DNA from: Pseudomonas aeruginosa PAO1
GTDB lineage: Bacteria; Pseudomonadota; Gammaproteobacteria; Pseudomonadales; Pseudomonadaceae
DNA: 64,000 bases
Reading direction: 5' to 3' (one strand)
NCBI RefSeq assembly: GCF_000006765.1
Contig: NC_002516.2
Part shown: in pieces, positions 29,768 through 40,172 of the stretch
Numbering within the stretch: the first letter of the stretch is position 1
How the letters are laid out: each line of letters begins with the position of its first letter
The notes under the pieces: model-generated
The model's database searches: none
Told to the model about the DNA's origin: nothing
The model's input: only the letters and a program-made list of their open reading frames with translations
Position numbers and translations under genes: made by a program

Positions 29768-30433
29768 ATGACGGAGCGGCATTGGCAGGGCGAGGTCTGG
29801 CTGGCGCGGGACCACGCGCTGTTCGCCGGGGTCAACGGCGATACCCGCGAGCACGCGCACTATGCCCACCAGTTGCTGCTGGCGGAGACGCCGCTGCGGG
29901 TGCGCGTCGCTGGCCAGGTACTGGAGGCCCGGCGCTTGCTGGTGCCCTCGCTGCAAGCCCATCGCGTCGACGCGTCGCAGCCGTTGCTGGCGCTGTACGC
30001 CGAGCCGCTGGCGTTCGACAGCGACGACCTGCGTCAGCTTCTCGAGGACGCTCCCGGCGAGCCCGAGGCGTTGCTGGGGCGGCTTGCGCGGCTGCCTCGT
30101 CGACGGCTCGACCGCCGCGTCGAAAAGGCCCTGGCGGCGCTCGACGAGCAACTCGCGGCGCGGGTCGAGGCGGAAAGACTGGCGCGCAGCGCCAGTCTTT
30201 CGCTGAGCCAACTGGAGCGGCTGTTCGCCGTCCAGGTCGGCCTGTCGGTACGCCGCCTGGTGCTCTGGCGCCGCCTGTACCTGGCCTTCGCCCTGGCCTT
30301 GCAGGGGCGCAGCCTGACCGAGGCGGCCCATCACGCCGGCTTCGCCGACGCCGCGCACCTGTCGCGCAGCGTACGCAGCCTGCTCGGTATCCGCGCCGGC
30401 CTGTCGCTGCCGCACCTACGCCTGGCCGGCTGA
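29768..30433 (+). CDS. AraC-family transcriptional regulator
   Basis: LSLSQLERLF...SLTEAAHHAGFADAAHLSRSVR double HTH. Confidence 0.88.
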   Translation: MTERHWQGEVWLARDHALFAGVNGDTREHAHYAHQLLLAETPLRVRVAGQVLEARRLLVPSLQAHRVDASQPLLALYAEPLAFDSDDLRQLLEDAPGEPEALLGRLARLPRRRLDRRVEKALAALDEQLAARVEAERLARSASLSLSQLERLFAVQVGLSVRRLVLWRRLYLAFALALQGRSLTEAAHHAGFADAAHLSRSVRSLLGIRAGLSLPHLRLAG

Positions 30434-31321
30434 ACGCCCCAATCCTTCCGGCGGCTGTGGGACGTGCCTGCTGCGTGGCAGGTCGCGGAATGGCGCGAGC
30501 AACTGGCCGGCATAGTCGCGGGGATAGTCAGGCTGGTCGCCGATGCCCATGTCGGTGCTGTCCAGGCGGTAGTCGGGACGATGGAGGGCGGTGCCGAGCA
30601 GGCGGTCCCAGACGCTGAAGAACAGCGCGAAGTTGACGTCGCCGGCGCGCCCGTAGCGGATGTGGTGCAGGCGATGCAGCGGTGCCCAGGCGAACACATG
30701 GCGTAACCCGCCGATGCGCATGTCGACGTTGCTGTGTTGCAGCAGCAACTGGATGCCGATGGCGAAGGCGAGCAGCGCGGCGACCGTCTGCGGCACGCCG
30801 AGCAGCAACAGCGGCAGGGTGCCGCCGAGCGCTTCCAGGCCCAGGTGCAGGGGATGCTTCATCAGCCCGTTGAAACCGTACAGGCGCTGCACGCTATGGT
30901 GCACCGCGTGCAGCCGCCAAAGCAGCGCCGAACGGTGGCTGGCGTAGTGCACCAGGGTGATGCCGAGATCGGCCAGGACGATCGCCAGCAGCAGTTGCAG
31001 CCACAGCGGCCAGGCCTGCGGCCATACCGGCCAGAAGCCCAGGACTCCGGCCAGCAGTGGCAGGGCGAGGATGCCAAGTGCGTTCAGGCTTTCGTTGACC
31101 GACGCGTGCAGGACATCGCGCAGGCGGTCGGCGTGCGGCCGGTTCCAGCGTGGCTGGTAGGGCAGTCGTCGTTCGGCGAGAAAGGACAGGCCGAGCGCCC
31201 CGAGGAACAGGGCGACCAGCCAGGCGTGGGAAGCCTGGCGATAGCCGACCTGCCAGGTCGCCAGGCCGATGAAGCCGGACCAGAAGAGGGGCGCGTAGGC
31301 GTAGCGCAGGAAGAACTGCAT
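30416..31321 (-). CDS. Sterol desaturase / fatty-acid hydroxylase family protein
   Basis: His boxes HYASH, LHAVHHS, KHPLH, HRLHH; several TM segments. Confidence 0.88.
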   Translation of the reverse strand: MQFFLRYAYAPLFWSGFIGLATWQVGYRQASHAWLVALFLGALGLSFLAERRLPYQPRWNRPHADRLRDVLHASVNESLNALGILALPLLAGVLGFWPVWPQAWPLWLQLLLAIVLADLGITLVHYASHRSALLWRLHAVHHSVQRLYGFNGLMKHPLHLGLEALGGTLPLLLLGVPQTVAALLAFAIGIQLLLQHSNVDMRIGGLRHVFAWAPLHRLHHIRYGRAGDVNFALFFSVWDRLLGTALHRPDYRLDSTDMGIGDQPDYPRDYAGQLLAPFRDLPRSRHVPQPPEGLGRSAGQA

Positions 31322-31399
31322 GGTGGGACCTCCGGATGAATGAGGTCCCCAGCGTCGCCCGCGACAGGCCGGCGGCGCTTGAACGAACCGCGCAAGTTC

Positions 31400-32716
31400 T
31401 CAGTCGCGCAGCACCAGCGGCGCGCCTTCCATGTCCCCGCGACCCGGCCAGGTCTCGCGGGCCAGCCAGGCCCCAACCAGGCAGACCAGGTTGGCCAGCA
31501 GCAGGTAGCCCAGCGGCGACAGCGGATTGCCGGTGACGCCGATCAGCCAGGTCACCACGATCTGCGCGGTGCCGCCGAACGCGGCGACGCCGGTCGCATA
31601 GACCAGGGAAAAACCGGTGGAGCGCAGCGCCCGGGGGAAGCTTTCTACCAGCAGCACGATCAGCGCCGCGCCGCTCATGCCATGCAGGGCCGAGAGCAGG
31701 GCGAGGACGGCGAGGAAGACTGCCGGCTCGGGGTGACGGGTCATTGCCTGCAGTGCCGGGAACAGCACCGCGAGCAGCGCCAGGCGCGGCAGGATCAGCA
31801 CGGCGCGGCGCCCGTAGCGGTCGCAGAGCACGCCGCCGAGCAACGCCGAGAGCGCCAGTGCGGCGCCGGCGACCAGCGTCGAGAGCATCGCGATGCCCGC
31901 CGGCAGGTGTAGCTCGGTAAGGGCGAAGGTGGTCATGTAGTTGAGGAAGTACTGGGTGATGGTGCTTCCGGAGAGGATCAGCAGGCCGAGCAGCAGGGCC
32001 CGCCGATGATTGCCGAACAACTCGCCGAGCAGGTTCCGGGTGCTGGCCTGGCGGCCGCGTCCGGAAAAGGTCTCGGCCAGGTTGAGGCGGATGTACAGGC
32101 CGATCGGCAGGACCAGCAGGCCGGCCGCGAAGGGAATCCGCCAGCCCCATTCCTGCAGTTGGCGCTCGTCGAGCCAGAGGGTGAGCAGGTAGCCCATCAG
32201 CCCGGCGGCGACCGCCGCGATGCCTTGCGCCACGACCTGCCAGCAGGCGTAGGTGCCGCGCTTGTGCGGCGGTGCCGCCTCGAGGATGTAGGTGGTCGCC
32301 GGCCCGGCCTCGCCGCCCCAGGCCAGGCCTTGCAGCAGGCGGGTCAGCACCAGCAGCAGCGGCGCGGCCGGGCCGATGCTGTCGTAGCCGGGGAGCACCG
32401 CGATGCCGCCGGTGCCCAGCGCCATCAGGAACAGGGTAAGGAGCATCGCCGGCTTGCGCCCGGCGCGGTCGGCGTAGGCGCCGATAAGGACCGCGCCGAG
32501 GGGGCGGATGACGAAGCCGACGCCGAACGCGGTGACCGACAGGAGCAGGCTGACGAAGGCGCTGTCGGAGGGGAAGAAAGTCCGTCCGATCATCACCGCG
32601 AAGGTGGCATAGACCCCGAAGTCGAAGAATTCCACGGCGTTGCCGAGGACCACGGCAAAGACGCTGCGGCGGCTGGCCGGATCGGCGGCCGCCGGGGGAC
32701 GGGTGGGGGAGCGCAT
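31400..32716 (-). CDS. MFS transporter (metabolite:H+ symporter family)
   Basis: GNAVEFFDFGVY, GAYADRAGRK, RLLQGLAWGGE, WGWRIPF motifs. Confidence 0.92.
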   Translation of the reverse strand: MRSPTRPPAAADPASRRSVFAVVLGNAVEFFDFGVYATFAVMIGRTFFPSDSAFVSLLLSVTAFGVGFVIRPLGAVLIGAYADRAGRKPAMLLTLFLMALGTGGIAVLPGYDSIGPAAPLLLVLTRLLQGLAWGGEAGPATTYILEAAPPHKRGTYACWQVVAQGIAAVAAGLMGYLLTLWLDERQLQEWGWRIPFAAGLLVLPIGLYIRLNLAETFSGRGRQASTRNLLGELFGNHRRALLLGLLILSGSTITQYFLNYMTTFALTELHLPAGIAMLSTLVAGAALALSALLGGVLCDRYGRRAVLILPRLALLAVLFPALQAMTRHPEPAVFLAVLALLSALHGMSGAALIVLLVESFPRALRSTGFSLVYATGVAAFGGTAQIVVTWLIGVTGNPLSPLGYLLLANLVCLVGAWLARETWPGRGDMEGAPLVLRD

Positions 32717-32786
32717 GGCGAAGGCCCTCTCGGAGTGACGACTGAAACACTCAGGCCTGGAGCCGAGCGACGAGCGGCTGCCGGCT

Positions 32787-34181
32787 TCAGTCAGCCGGCG
32801 GCCGTGGCCAGCCGTGGATCGGACCGCGCCAGCCTTCGTAGGTCTTGCCGATGCGCAACAGCCAGGTATCGGCGAAGCGCGGCGCGACCAGTTGCAGGCC
32901 GATCGGCATGCCGGCGGCCGTGAAGCCGCAGTTTATCGAGAGCGCGGGCTGTTCGCCCATATTCCACGGCACGGTGAAGACGATGTGCTCGAATGGTCGC
33001 TGCGGGTCGTTCAGCGGCGAGGCCCAGTCGGCGGGGAAGGCCTCGACCTGGTTGGTCGGCGTCAGCAGCAGGTCGATCTCGCCGAACAGCCGGGCGGCGC
33101 GCCGGCGCATCTCGAAGGTCTGGTTGAAACCGCGCACCGCATCGACCCCGCTGACCCGTGCGCCGCCCTCGGCCCAGGCGTGGACATAGGGCAGCACCCT
33201 GGCCCGCCGCGTCTCGTCGAGGAGCAGCAGTTCGCTCCACAGGCGGGCGCGCCAGAAGTCGTTCAGGCCGTCGAGCAGGCTCCGGTCCATCAGCGGTTCG
33301 ACGATCCTGAGCTGGGCGCCGTGCTCCTCGAACAGCCGCGCCGCGGCCTCGATCGCGGCGCGGATTTCCGCGTCGGGCTGCAGGCCGCAGCCGGGGTCGA
33401 GTTGCAGGCCGACCCTCAGGCCGCGCACCGACAGCGGCTCGGCGCTCCAGTCCAGCACTTCCGGCGGCAGGCTGGTGGCGTCGCGGGCGTCGGGCTGCGC
33501 GAGGTAGCGCATCAGCAGCAGGCAGTCGTCCATGCAGCGGGTCATCGGACCGGCGCAGCGACCGGTGTAGTAAGGGTCGATGGGGATCCGCCCGAGGCTT
33601 GGCTTGAAGCCCACCAGGCCGCACCAGCCCGCCGGCAGTCGCACCGAGCCGCCGATGTCGGTGCCCAGGTGCAGCGGTCCGTAGCCGGCGGTGGCCGCCG
33701 CTGCCGCGCCCGAACTGGAGCCGCCGGTATTGTTGGCCAGGTTCCAGGGATTGCGGGTGACTCCGTGGAAGCTGGAGAGGCCGGATGAAAGCATGCCGAA
33801 GTCTGGAACCGTAGTCTTGGCCAGGACGATCGCGCCGGCTTCGCGCAGCCGAGCGGCCGGCGGCGCGTCGCAGGGCGCGGGTTGCAGGGCGGTGGCGGCG
33901 CTGCCCAATGGGATAGGTTCGCCAGCGGTGGCGATCAGCTCCTTGATGGTTACCGGCAGCCCGTCCAGCGGGCCTTTGGGCTGTCCCTTGCGCCAGCGCT
34001 CGGTGGCCGCCGCGGCCTGTTCGCGAACCCGTTGCGGGTCGAAGCGATACAGCGCGTTGAGATGCGGTTCCCAGCGCTGGATGTGGGCCAGCAGATGCTC
34101 GTAGTACTCGCCAGGCGAGAGTTCCCGGCGGGCGAACAGTGCCAGCAGGCGGGTTCCCGGGAGGTCGTGCAGCGCGGTCAT
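32787..34181 (-). CDS. Amidase-signature family enzyme
   Basis: PVTIKEL, GGSSSGAAAA, GTDIGGSVRLPA catalytic motifs. Confidence 0.93.
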   Translation of the reverse strand: MTALHDLPGTRLLALFARRELSPGEYYEHLLAHIQRWEPHLNALYRFDPQRVREQAAAATERWRKGQPKGPLDGLPVTIKELIATAGEPIPLGSAATALQPAPCDAPPAARLREAGAIVLAKTTVPDFGMLSSGLSSFHGVTRNPWNLANNTGGSSSGAAAAATAGYGPLHLGTDIGGSVRLPAGWCGLVGFKPSLGRIPIDPYYTGRCAGPMTRCMDDCLLLMRYLAQPDARDATSLPPEVLDWSAEPLSVRGLRVGLQLDPGCGLQPDAEIRAAIEAAARLFEEHGAQLRIVEPLMDRSLLDGLNDFWRARLWSELLLLDETRRARVLPYVHAWAEGGARVSGVDAVRGFNQTFEMRRRAARLFGEIDLLLTPTNQVEAFPADWASPLNDPQRPFEHIVFTVPWNMGEQPALSINCGFTAAGMPIGLQLVAPRFADTWLLRIGKTYEGWRGPIHGWPRPPAD

Positions 34182-34308
34182 TCAAGCTCCCTCGAAGAAC
34201 GGCCGCGGGCGTCAAGCGGCCGGCCTACCCGTTGTCGGGCGGCGATTCGAAACCAAGGTGTATCGGGGAGGTATAGCCCATGCACGACGAATCTTCGCGG
34301 TGACGGAC

Positions 34309-35208
34309 TCAGCTCTCGTGATGGAGAAGGAAGCGCTTCAACCGGCGGAAGGTGGTGCGGTTCCACTGCCGCAGCGGCAGCGAGCGGAGCAGTTGCCAGG
34401 CATGCCGCTTGTCCGCGACCACGGCGTATTTCAGGGCCTTGTTGACCAGCTCCGTGCGGCCGCGCTCGTAGGCGGGATGCGACTGGTAGGGGGCGATGGT
34501 GCGCAGGTCGGCATCGAGCAGCACCTTGTAGCGCCGCGACAGGTTGTCGGGGTGGCGCCGGTAGCGGGTGACCAGTACCGGCAGCTTGTGGATCTGGTAG
34601 CCCTGGCTGGCGATGCGCAGGGTCATCTGGAAGTCCTGCACCTTGATCTCGGGATCGTAGAAGCCGGCTGCGCGCAGGGCCTCCATGCGGTACAGGGACA
34701 CCGGGGCGCCGCAGACGTAGGCGTTGCCGAGCAGGTAGTCGAAGTCCAGCTGGCGGATGCGATTGCCGTTCTGCCGCTTGGTTTCCTGGCCTTCGCTGTC
34801 GATGTAGATCACCAGGGCGCCGACGCAGCCGACTTCCGGGTGCTGGTCGAGGTACGCGGCGCGCACGCTCAACGAGTGCGGCAGCATGATGTCGTCCAGG
34901 TCCGGCGTGGCTACGTAGTCGCCGCGGGCGTGTCGCAGGCCGAAGTTCAGCGCTGCGCTGACGCCCTGGTTCTGCTGGCGGTAGAGCTGGAAACCGTGGA
35001 CTTTCTGCAACTGCTCCAGCATGGCGTAGCTGTTGTCGGTGGAACCGTCGTCGACGATGATCACTTCGAAATTCGGGTAGTCCTGCTCGTAGATGCTGCG
35101 CAGGGCTTCTTCCAGGTACTTTTCCGCGTTGAAGCAGGGCGCTACGACGGATACCAGCGGGGCGTCCGTCGTGCCTGAGTGCTTGCTGGAAGTGGCTTCT
35201 TCAATCAT
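34309..35208 (-). CDS. migA: GT2 glycosyltransferase (LPS core rhamnosyltransferase)
   Basis: VSVVAPCFN, VDDGSTD, PDLDD GT2 motifs; locus position. Confidence 0.9.
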   Translation of the reverse strand: MIEEATSSKHSGTTDAPLVSVVAPCFNAEKYLEEALRSIYEQDYPNFEVIIVDDGSTDNSYAMLEQLQKVHGFQLYRQQNQGVSAALNFGLRHARGDYVATPDLDDIMLPHSLSVRAAYLDQHPEVGCVGALVIYIDSEGQETKRQNGNRIRQLDFDYLLGNAYVCGAPVSLYRMEALRAAGFYDPEIKVQDFQMTLRIASQGYQIHKLPVLVTRYRRHPDNLSRRYKVLLDADLRTIAPYQSHPAYERGRTELVNKALKYAVVADKRHAWQLLRSLPLRQWNRTTFRRLKRFLLHHES

Positions 35209-35462
35209 GTGTCGTTCTTGTCACTCGTCTTGCCCGGTAGCCGTTCCAGGGGGCCGTCGGTCATGAAGTCCTGCGATCGTTCCGGCGATCGGTGCTCGGC
35301 GCGGGCTGTCGGAAACACAGCGTTTCGCTCCGCCGCTACGGTCGCTGGAGTGGCTCTGGCACGCATGCCTGGATGGCCAGGCATCGCGACAGTATACCGT
35401 CGGAAGCATAGAGGGTAGGCCATCGGGCCCGAGAAAAATCCTCGACCTCCTTCGTCCAACCG

Positions 35463-36101
35463 TCAGGCCGTGGCCTGGCGCTGTTTCCAGTGCCGGTACA
35501 AGGCGGGGATATCCCCAGTACACAGCAGTGGCATGGCTGCCTCGATATCGGCCAGTGGCCAGTCCCACCAGGCCATTTCCAGCAGGTTCTGGATATCGCC
35601 ATCGGAAAAGCGCTTACGAATGGTCCGGGCCGGGTTACCGCCGACGATGGCATAGGGCTCGACATCGCCGGTCACCAGCGCGCGGCTGCCGATGATGGCT
35701 CCGTGGCCGACCCGTACGCCGGGCATGAACATCGCCTCGGTACCGATCCAGACGTCATGGCCGATCAGCGTGTCGCCGGCTGGCTGATAGCCGTTCACGG
35801 CGCCGGCGAAGACAGGCTCTTCGTGCATGAAGTGGAAGGGGAAGGTCGACGCCCATTCGGCGCGGTGTCCCTGGTTGCCGGCCATGATGAAGGCGGCGCC
35901 ACTGCCGATCGAGCAGAAACTGCCGATGACCAGCTTGTCCACGTCGTCGCGGTCCGGCATCAGGTAGCGGGCGCAGTCGTCGAAGGAATGCCCGTGATAG
36001 TAGCCGGAGTAGTAGCTGTAGCGCCCCACCCGTATGTTCGGGTTGCTGACCTGTTCCGAGAGCAGCTTGCCCCTGAAGGGGCTCTCGAAATAGTTGCCCA
36101 T
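35463..36101 (-). CDS. catB7: Type B chloramphenicol (xenobiotic) acetyltransferase
   Basis: [36 protein letters not shown], hexapeptide repeats, WWDW. Confidence 0.95.
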
Positions 36102-36193
36102 GACCGTCGTCCCTGTCCGTCGAAACCGCCAAGGGTAGCGCCTGGCGGGATAGCGGGCCAGCCTGGCGTGACGGCTGGCAGCCGCGTCGGCGT

Positions 36194-36973
36194 TCAGCAG
36201 GCCGGACTGCTGAACGGCCAGGCCTGGAAAGGCTCCGAATAGTGCCTGCCGTGACGGAAGGCGAAGGGGAGTGCGTTGGCTTGTTGGTGCAGTTCCTCAT
36301 TGTCGACGTTGAGGCAAAGCATCTGGATGTCCTGTGCCACCAGCAGCCGGTTCAGGTACTCGATGCTCTTGCGCTGGCGCAGGTTACGCGTCAGCGGGCC
36401 GGGGGCAAGCAGGCGCGCGTCCAGGCCCAGGTAATCGCAGAGGCCGGCGTCGACCTCGGCGAAGCACTGGCGAGCGTCGGTATCGATGCGTTGCGGGTGC
36501 AGCGCGATGCGCACGCCGCTGTCGCGTAGCCGGGCGAGGGACGTCAGGTACTCCGCCGAGGCGGGTTCCTGCTCGTCGATGGCCAGCAGCAGGCAGAGTT
36601 CGACCTGGTGCTGCTGCAATTGCCTGGCCGAGGCCAGGATCCGCTCGCAGACCCCGGCGTTGCCCAGGCTGCTGGCATGCAGGGGAATGAAGTTCTTGCC
36701 GAGCAGTTCGAGGTCGGTGTTGTGCCGGTGCACGCACAGGAGGCGTGCCAGCAGGTGCTTGACCGCCGCCTCGGCAAGCAGCGGCGGTGCGCCGGAAAGG
36801 AAGGCCGACAGGTCGACGCGCTGGCGCCGTTCGCGCAGGGAGAGCTTGCTGCCGACCAACGCGCCGTTCCTCGCATAGATGCCATGGGCGAAGAGCTCGA
36901 ATCCGTCGTTCGCATCACGGTTGCCGAGGCAGAGCCATTTCAATGGCGGGGGCGTTCTGTCTGTCGCAGTCAT
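36194..36973 (-). CDS. toxR: Exotoxin A regulator RegA/ToxR (degenerate EAL-like fold)
   Basis: [31 protein letters not shown] recognised; 259 aa. Confidence 0.88.
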
Positions 36974-37258
36974 AAGTGATGGCTCTATGGGCAAATCTCG
37001 CCAAGGCGCTCGGGCATGGAGCCCGCACGCAGGGTTGAGGGGTATCTAGCGGAGACGACCCTACCTCCCACGAATCAAGGTCTTTCGTCGGAAAACCCAG
37101 GGGGCAGGTAGGGGATCGGCTCGGCAATCGGCCGCCGAGGGTACTTCCGGTGTCGCCGCCAGGCCTGGTTGGTGGCGGCTTTTTCTCTGGTCTGTGCAGT
37201 GGTTCCGCTGTTACCGATTTTTCCGAGTGCGTTTGTGTTGCGGCATCGTTCGTTGGCG

Positions 37259-38113
37259 TCAGTCGGCGCCGATGCTGTCGATGAAGCCCTGGATCAGCGG
37301 TGAGGCTTGCTGTTTGCGCCAGACGAAATGGATATCGCTGGAGTCCAGGCCGGCTACCGGTTCGGCATGGAAACCCCGTCGCGTGGAGGGCCTGCGTGCA
37401 ACGAAGCTCTCCGGCACGCAGGCGAAGCCGAGACCGGCCTCGATGCAGGCGAAGAGGCTCGGGTAGGACTCGATTTCCAGGGTTGCCCGCGGCTGGATAG
37501 CGCTCTCCGCCAGCCAGCGGTCGACCTGGCGGCGGTAGTGGCAAGTGTGGCCGAACACATAGAGTTCGAGGCCGGCGAGGTCCTCGGGAGTGGGTGCCGG
37601 CAGGTCGGCGGGAGTGACCCGCAACAGGCGCTCGCGGAAGGCCAGGCGGCTGGCCAGCAACGGGTGTTCGATGGGGCCGTCGGTAACGATCAGGTCCAGC
37701 TCTCCCTCCATCAGCAGACGCTCGAGCAGCAGCGAATGCTCCGGGCGGATGTGCAGTTCAACGCCCGGCGACTCGCGGCGGTAGCGGGCCAGGCGCTGTG
37801 GCAGGTGATTGGCCAGGGCCACGTCCAGTGCGCCGACCCGTAGCGCGCCGTGCGCCTGGTCGCCGGCGAACAGCGCGGCGGTCTCGTCGGCCAGCGCCAG
37901 CAGGCGCGTGGCGTGGCGGTACAGCAGGCGGCCCTCGGGGGTGACCAGCAGACGATTCCTTTCGCGATTGAACAGGGCTACGCCGAGTTGTCCTTCGAGT
38001 TCGCGCAAGCGGGTAGTGATGTTCGACGGCACGCAATGCAACTGTTCGGCCGCGGCTGCGATGGTGCCGCGTTCGACCACCGCGCAGAAGAATCCGAGTT
38101 GAGAGAGTTTCAC
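37259..38113 (-). CDS. LysR-family regulator, divergent from the glyoxal-detox genes
   Basis: MKLSQLGFFCAVVERGTIAAAAEQLHCVPSNITTRLRELE HTH. Confidence 0.92.
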   Translation of the reverse strand: MKLSQLGFFCAVVERGTIAAAAEQLHCVPSNITTRLRELEGQLGVALFNRERNRLLVTPEGRLLYRHATRLLALADETAALFAGDQAHGALRVGALDVALANHLPQRLARYRRESPGVELHIRPEHSLLLERLLMEGELDLIVTDGPIEHPLLASRLAFRERLLRVTPADLPAPTPEDLAGLELYVFGHTCHYRRQVDRWLAESAIQPRATLEIESYPSLFACIEAGLGFACVPESFVARRPSTRRGFHAEPVAGLDSSDIHFVWRKQQASPLIQGFIDSIGAD

Positions 38114-38150
38114 ATCATTCTCTTTAAGTGAGCGATTTGCTGATTATTGA

Positions 38151-38167
38151 TTACTTTTAATGAGTAA
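38151..38167. promoter_or_regulatory. Candidate LysR binding site
   Basis: TTACT-N7-AGTAA inverted repeat in the divergent intergenic region. Confidence 0.4.
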
Positions 38168-38228
38168 AAGGCCACCCTAGCATGGACCTCGCGATCGCTT
38201 CCAACCCCATTTCACGAGGAAAGATTCC

Positions 38229-38525
38229 ATGACCTACCACGTACTGGTTCAGTTCGACGTTCCCTCCGACAAGCGCGAAGCGTTCGCCGCGGCAGGCCTG
38301 TTCGATGCCAATGGCTCGTTGCAGAACGAACCGGGCACCCTGCGCTTCGAGGTGATCCGCGACGAGAACAACCGCAACCGCTTCTACCTCGACGAGGTGT
38401 ACGAAGACGAGGCGGCGTTCCTCCAGCATTGCCGCAACGAAACCATCGCGCGCTTCTACGAACTGATCGACAGCTACGCCTTCGGTCCGCTTTTCCTGTT
38501 CAAGGGCTACCGCGTCGAGGGTTGA
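38229..38525 (+). CDS. ABM (antibiotic biosynthesis monooxygenase)-domain protein
   Basis: NEPGTLRFEVIRD...FYLDEVYEDEAAFLQH ABM motif. Confidence 0.85.
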   Translation: MTYHVLVQFDVPSDKREAFAAAGLFDANGSLQNEPGTLRFEVIRDENNRNRFYLDEVYEDEAAFLQHCRNETIARFYELIDSYAFGPLFLFKGYRVEG

Positions 38526-38569
38526 TCCCCGCTCCGGCGGCTCGCCGCCGGACTCCACGGAGAGTTTCC

Positions 38570-38965
38570 ATGCGAATCCTGCACAGCATGCTCCGCGTGG
38601 CCGATCTCGAGGCCGCGCTGGAGTTCTACACCCGCGCCCTGGACATGCGCCTGCTGCGGCGCCGGGACTATCCCGAAGGCCGCTTCACCCTGGCCTTCGT
38701 CGGCTACCAGGACGAGCGCGCGGCCGCTGCCCTGGAGTTGACCCACAACTGGGACCGGGACGGCTACACCCAGGGCGACGGCTACGGCCACCTGGCCATC
38801 GAGGTCGAGGATGCCGCCGTCACCTGCGCCCGGGCCAGGGCGCTGGGCTATCGGGTCACCCGCGAGGCCGGGCTGATGCAGCACGGACGCAGCGTGATCG
38901 CCTTCCTCGAAGACCCGGACGGCTACAAGGTGGAACTGATCCAGAAGGGCACCCAGTTCGATTGA
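38570..38965 (+). CDS. gloA2: Lactoylglutathione lyase (glyoxalase I)
   Basis: MRILHSMLRVADLEAALEFY, LELTHNW, GYGHLAIEV, EDPDGYKVELI. Confidence 0.93.
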   Translation: MRILHSMLRVADLEAALEFYTRALDMRLLRRRDYPEGRFTLAFVGYQDERAAAALELTHNWDRDGYTQGDGYGHLAIEVEDAAVTCARARALGYRVTREAGLMQHGRSVIAFLEDPDGYKVELIQKGTQFD

Positions 38966-39008
38966 GCCCGCGACCAGGGGGCGACATAGCGGCTGCTGTC
39001 GTTCCGGC

Positions 39009-39515
39009 TCAGCCGCTGGCGTCGAATGCGGCGTGGAAGGCCACTATTCCTTGCGCCATGCGCCCGCTGAAGGACTGTGCCTGGAAGTATTCGGCGGGAA
39101 CGCCGGGCAACGCCAGGCCGCTTTCCACCCGAAAGCCGAAGCGCGAGTAGTAGGTCGGTTCGCCCAGTACCACGCAGCCACCCGCGGGCAGCAGTCGCAG
39201 CTCGGTGAGCAGGCGCCGGACCAACTGCGAACCGAGACCCTGGCGCTGTCGCCCGGGCGCCACCGATAGCGGCGCGAGGCCGTACCAGTCGCCCGCTTCG
39301 CCATCGATGGTCACTGGCGAGGCTGCGATATGGCCGATCACCTGGCCATTCGCTTCGGCCACCAGCGAAAGCGTCAGCGCGCCAGCACGGCGCAGGGCAT
39401 CGACGATGTACTGCTCGGTATGGCTGCTGTGCGTTTCGTTGCGGAACGCGGCTTCGGTCAGGTGGGCGATGGCGTCGATGTCGCCGGGCGTCTCCGCACG
39501 GATGGAAATATTCAT
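39009..39515 (-). CDS. GNAT N-acetyltransferase, YjhQ-like putative antitoxin
   Basis: LAPLSVAPGRQRQGLGSQL acetyl-CoA motif, VVLGEPTYYSRFGF; downstream of a YjhX-like gene. Confidence 0.85.
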   Translation of the reverse strand: MNISIRAETPGDIDAIAHLTEAAFRNETHSSHTEQYIVDALRRAGALTLSLVAEANGQVIGHIAASPVTIDGEAGDWYGLAPLSVAPGRQRQGLGSQLVRRLLTELRLLPAGGCVVLGEPTYYSRFGFRVESGLALPGVPAEYFQAQSFSGRMAQGIVAFHAAFDASG

Positions 39516-39575
39516 GCAAGCACTCCTCGGAACCCCCCCCCTTGTCCCGGCGGGGGCAATGGAAAAGGAAGGGGG

Positions 39576-39833
39576 TCAGCGATTGTCCGCCTGCGGGCGC
39601 ACGGCTTTCAGCCCGGCCATGGATATCCGGTAGGGCCTGCCCTGGCGGGAGTGGACCAGGCCCTTGTTCTTCAGCCTGGAGAACACCGCCAGGGTGCAGT
39701 CGAGCAGCAGGTGGCCGTCGCGGTTGTAGCACTCGACGCGGGTGATCTTGCCCGAAGCGTCGCGAAGGAAGGCGATATGGCCGCCCTGGGCCAAGGCGTG
39801 AAGCGTCCGTTGTTCCGGCTTGGAAACGTTCAT
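39576..39833 (-). CDS. YjhX/TopAI-family toxin (UPF0386), 85 aa
   Basis: [20 protein letters not shown]...[11 protein letters not shown]...[18 protein letters not shown] matches the family pattern; ATG at 39833. Confidence 0.8.
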
Positions 39834-39952
39834 GTCGGTAGAACCTGTAATCATCGGTGTGACAACGCGGCCGCACGGCGCGAAAAGGCGCGTGCGAGCC
39901 ATGGCGAAGGCAGATAACCGGCGACACCTCGTGCGGGATGACGAAGTGGCGG

Positions 39953-39979
39953 TTATCGGATGACTACTATCTCCAACAT
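39953..39979 (-). CDS. Candidate regulatory leader peptide MLEIVVIR
   Basis: GAGG-N5-ATG TTG GAG ATA GTA GTC ATC CGA TAA, 120 nt upstream of the toxin ATG, embedded in RNA stems. Confidence 0.65.
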
Positions 39980-40172
39980 GCAAGCCTCGGATCGGGGAGG
40001 GCGCAGCCACGAAAGCGTGCTGCGATGCGGCAGTCTAACGAAGCTGGCGAAGCGACGGCAAGGAACTGCCTGCGTCGCCATGCCGCTGTGCGACGCTTGC
40101 GGCTTTGTGAGGGAGTTCGCCTCGCCCCGCGGCGGTCCGCGCTTTCATTATCGGGGGAAGCGGGAGGTATCC

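Noticed and set aside
37041-37050. GCTAGATACC (minus strand) as a PvdS iron-starvation box for toxR
   Set aside because: Resembles the box, but spacing to CGT is 14 rather than the expected ~16; not supportable from sequence alone
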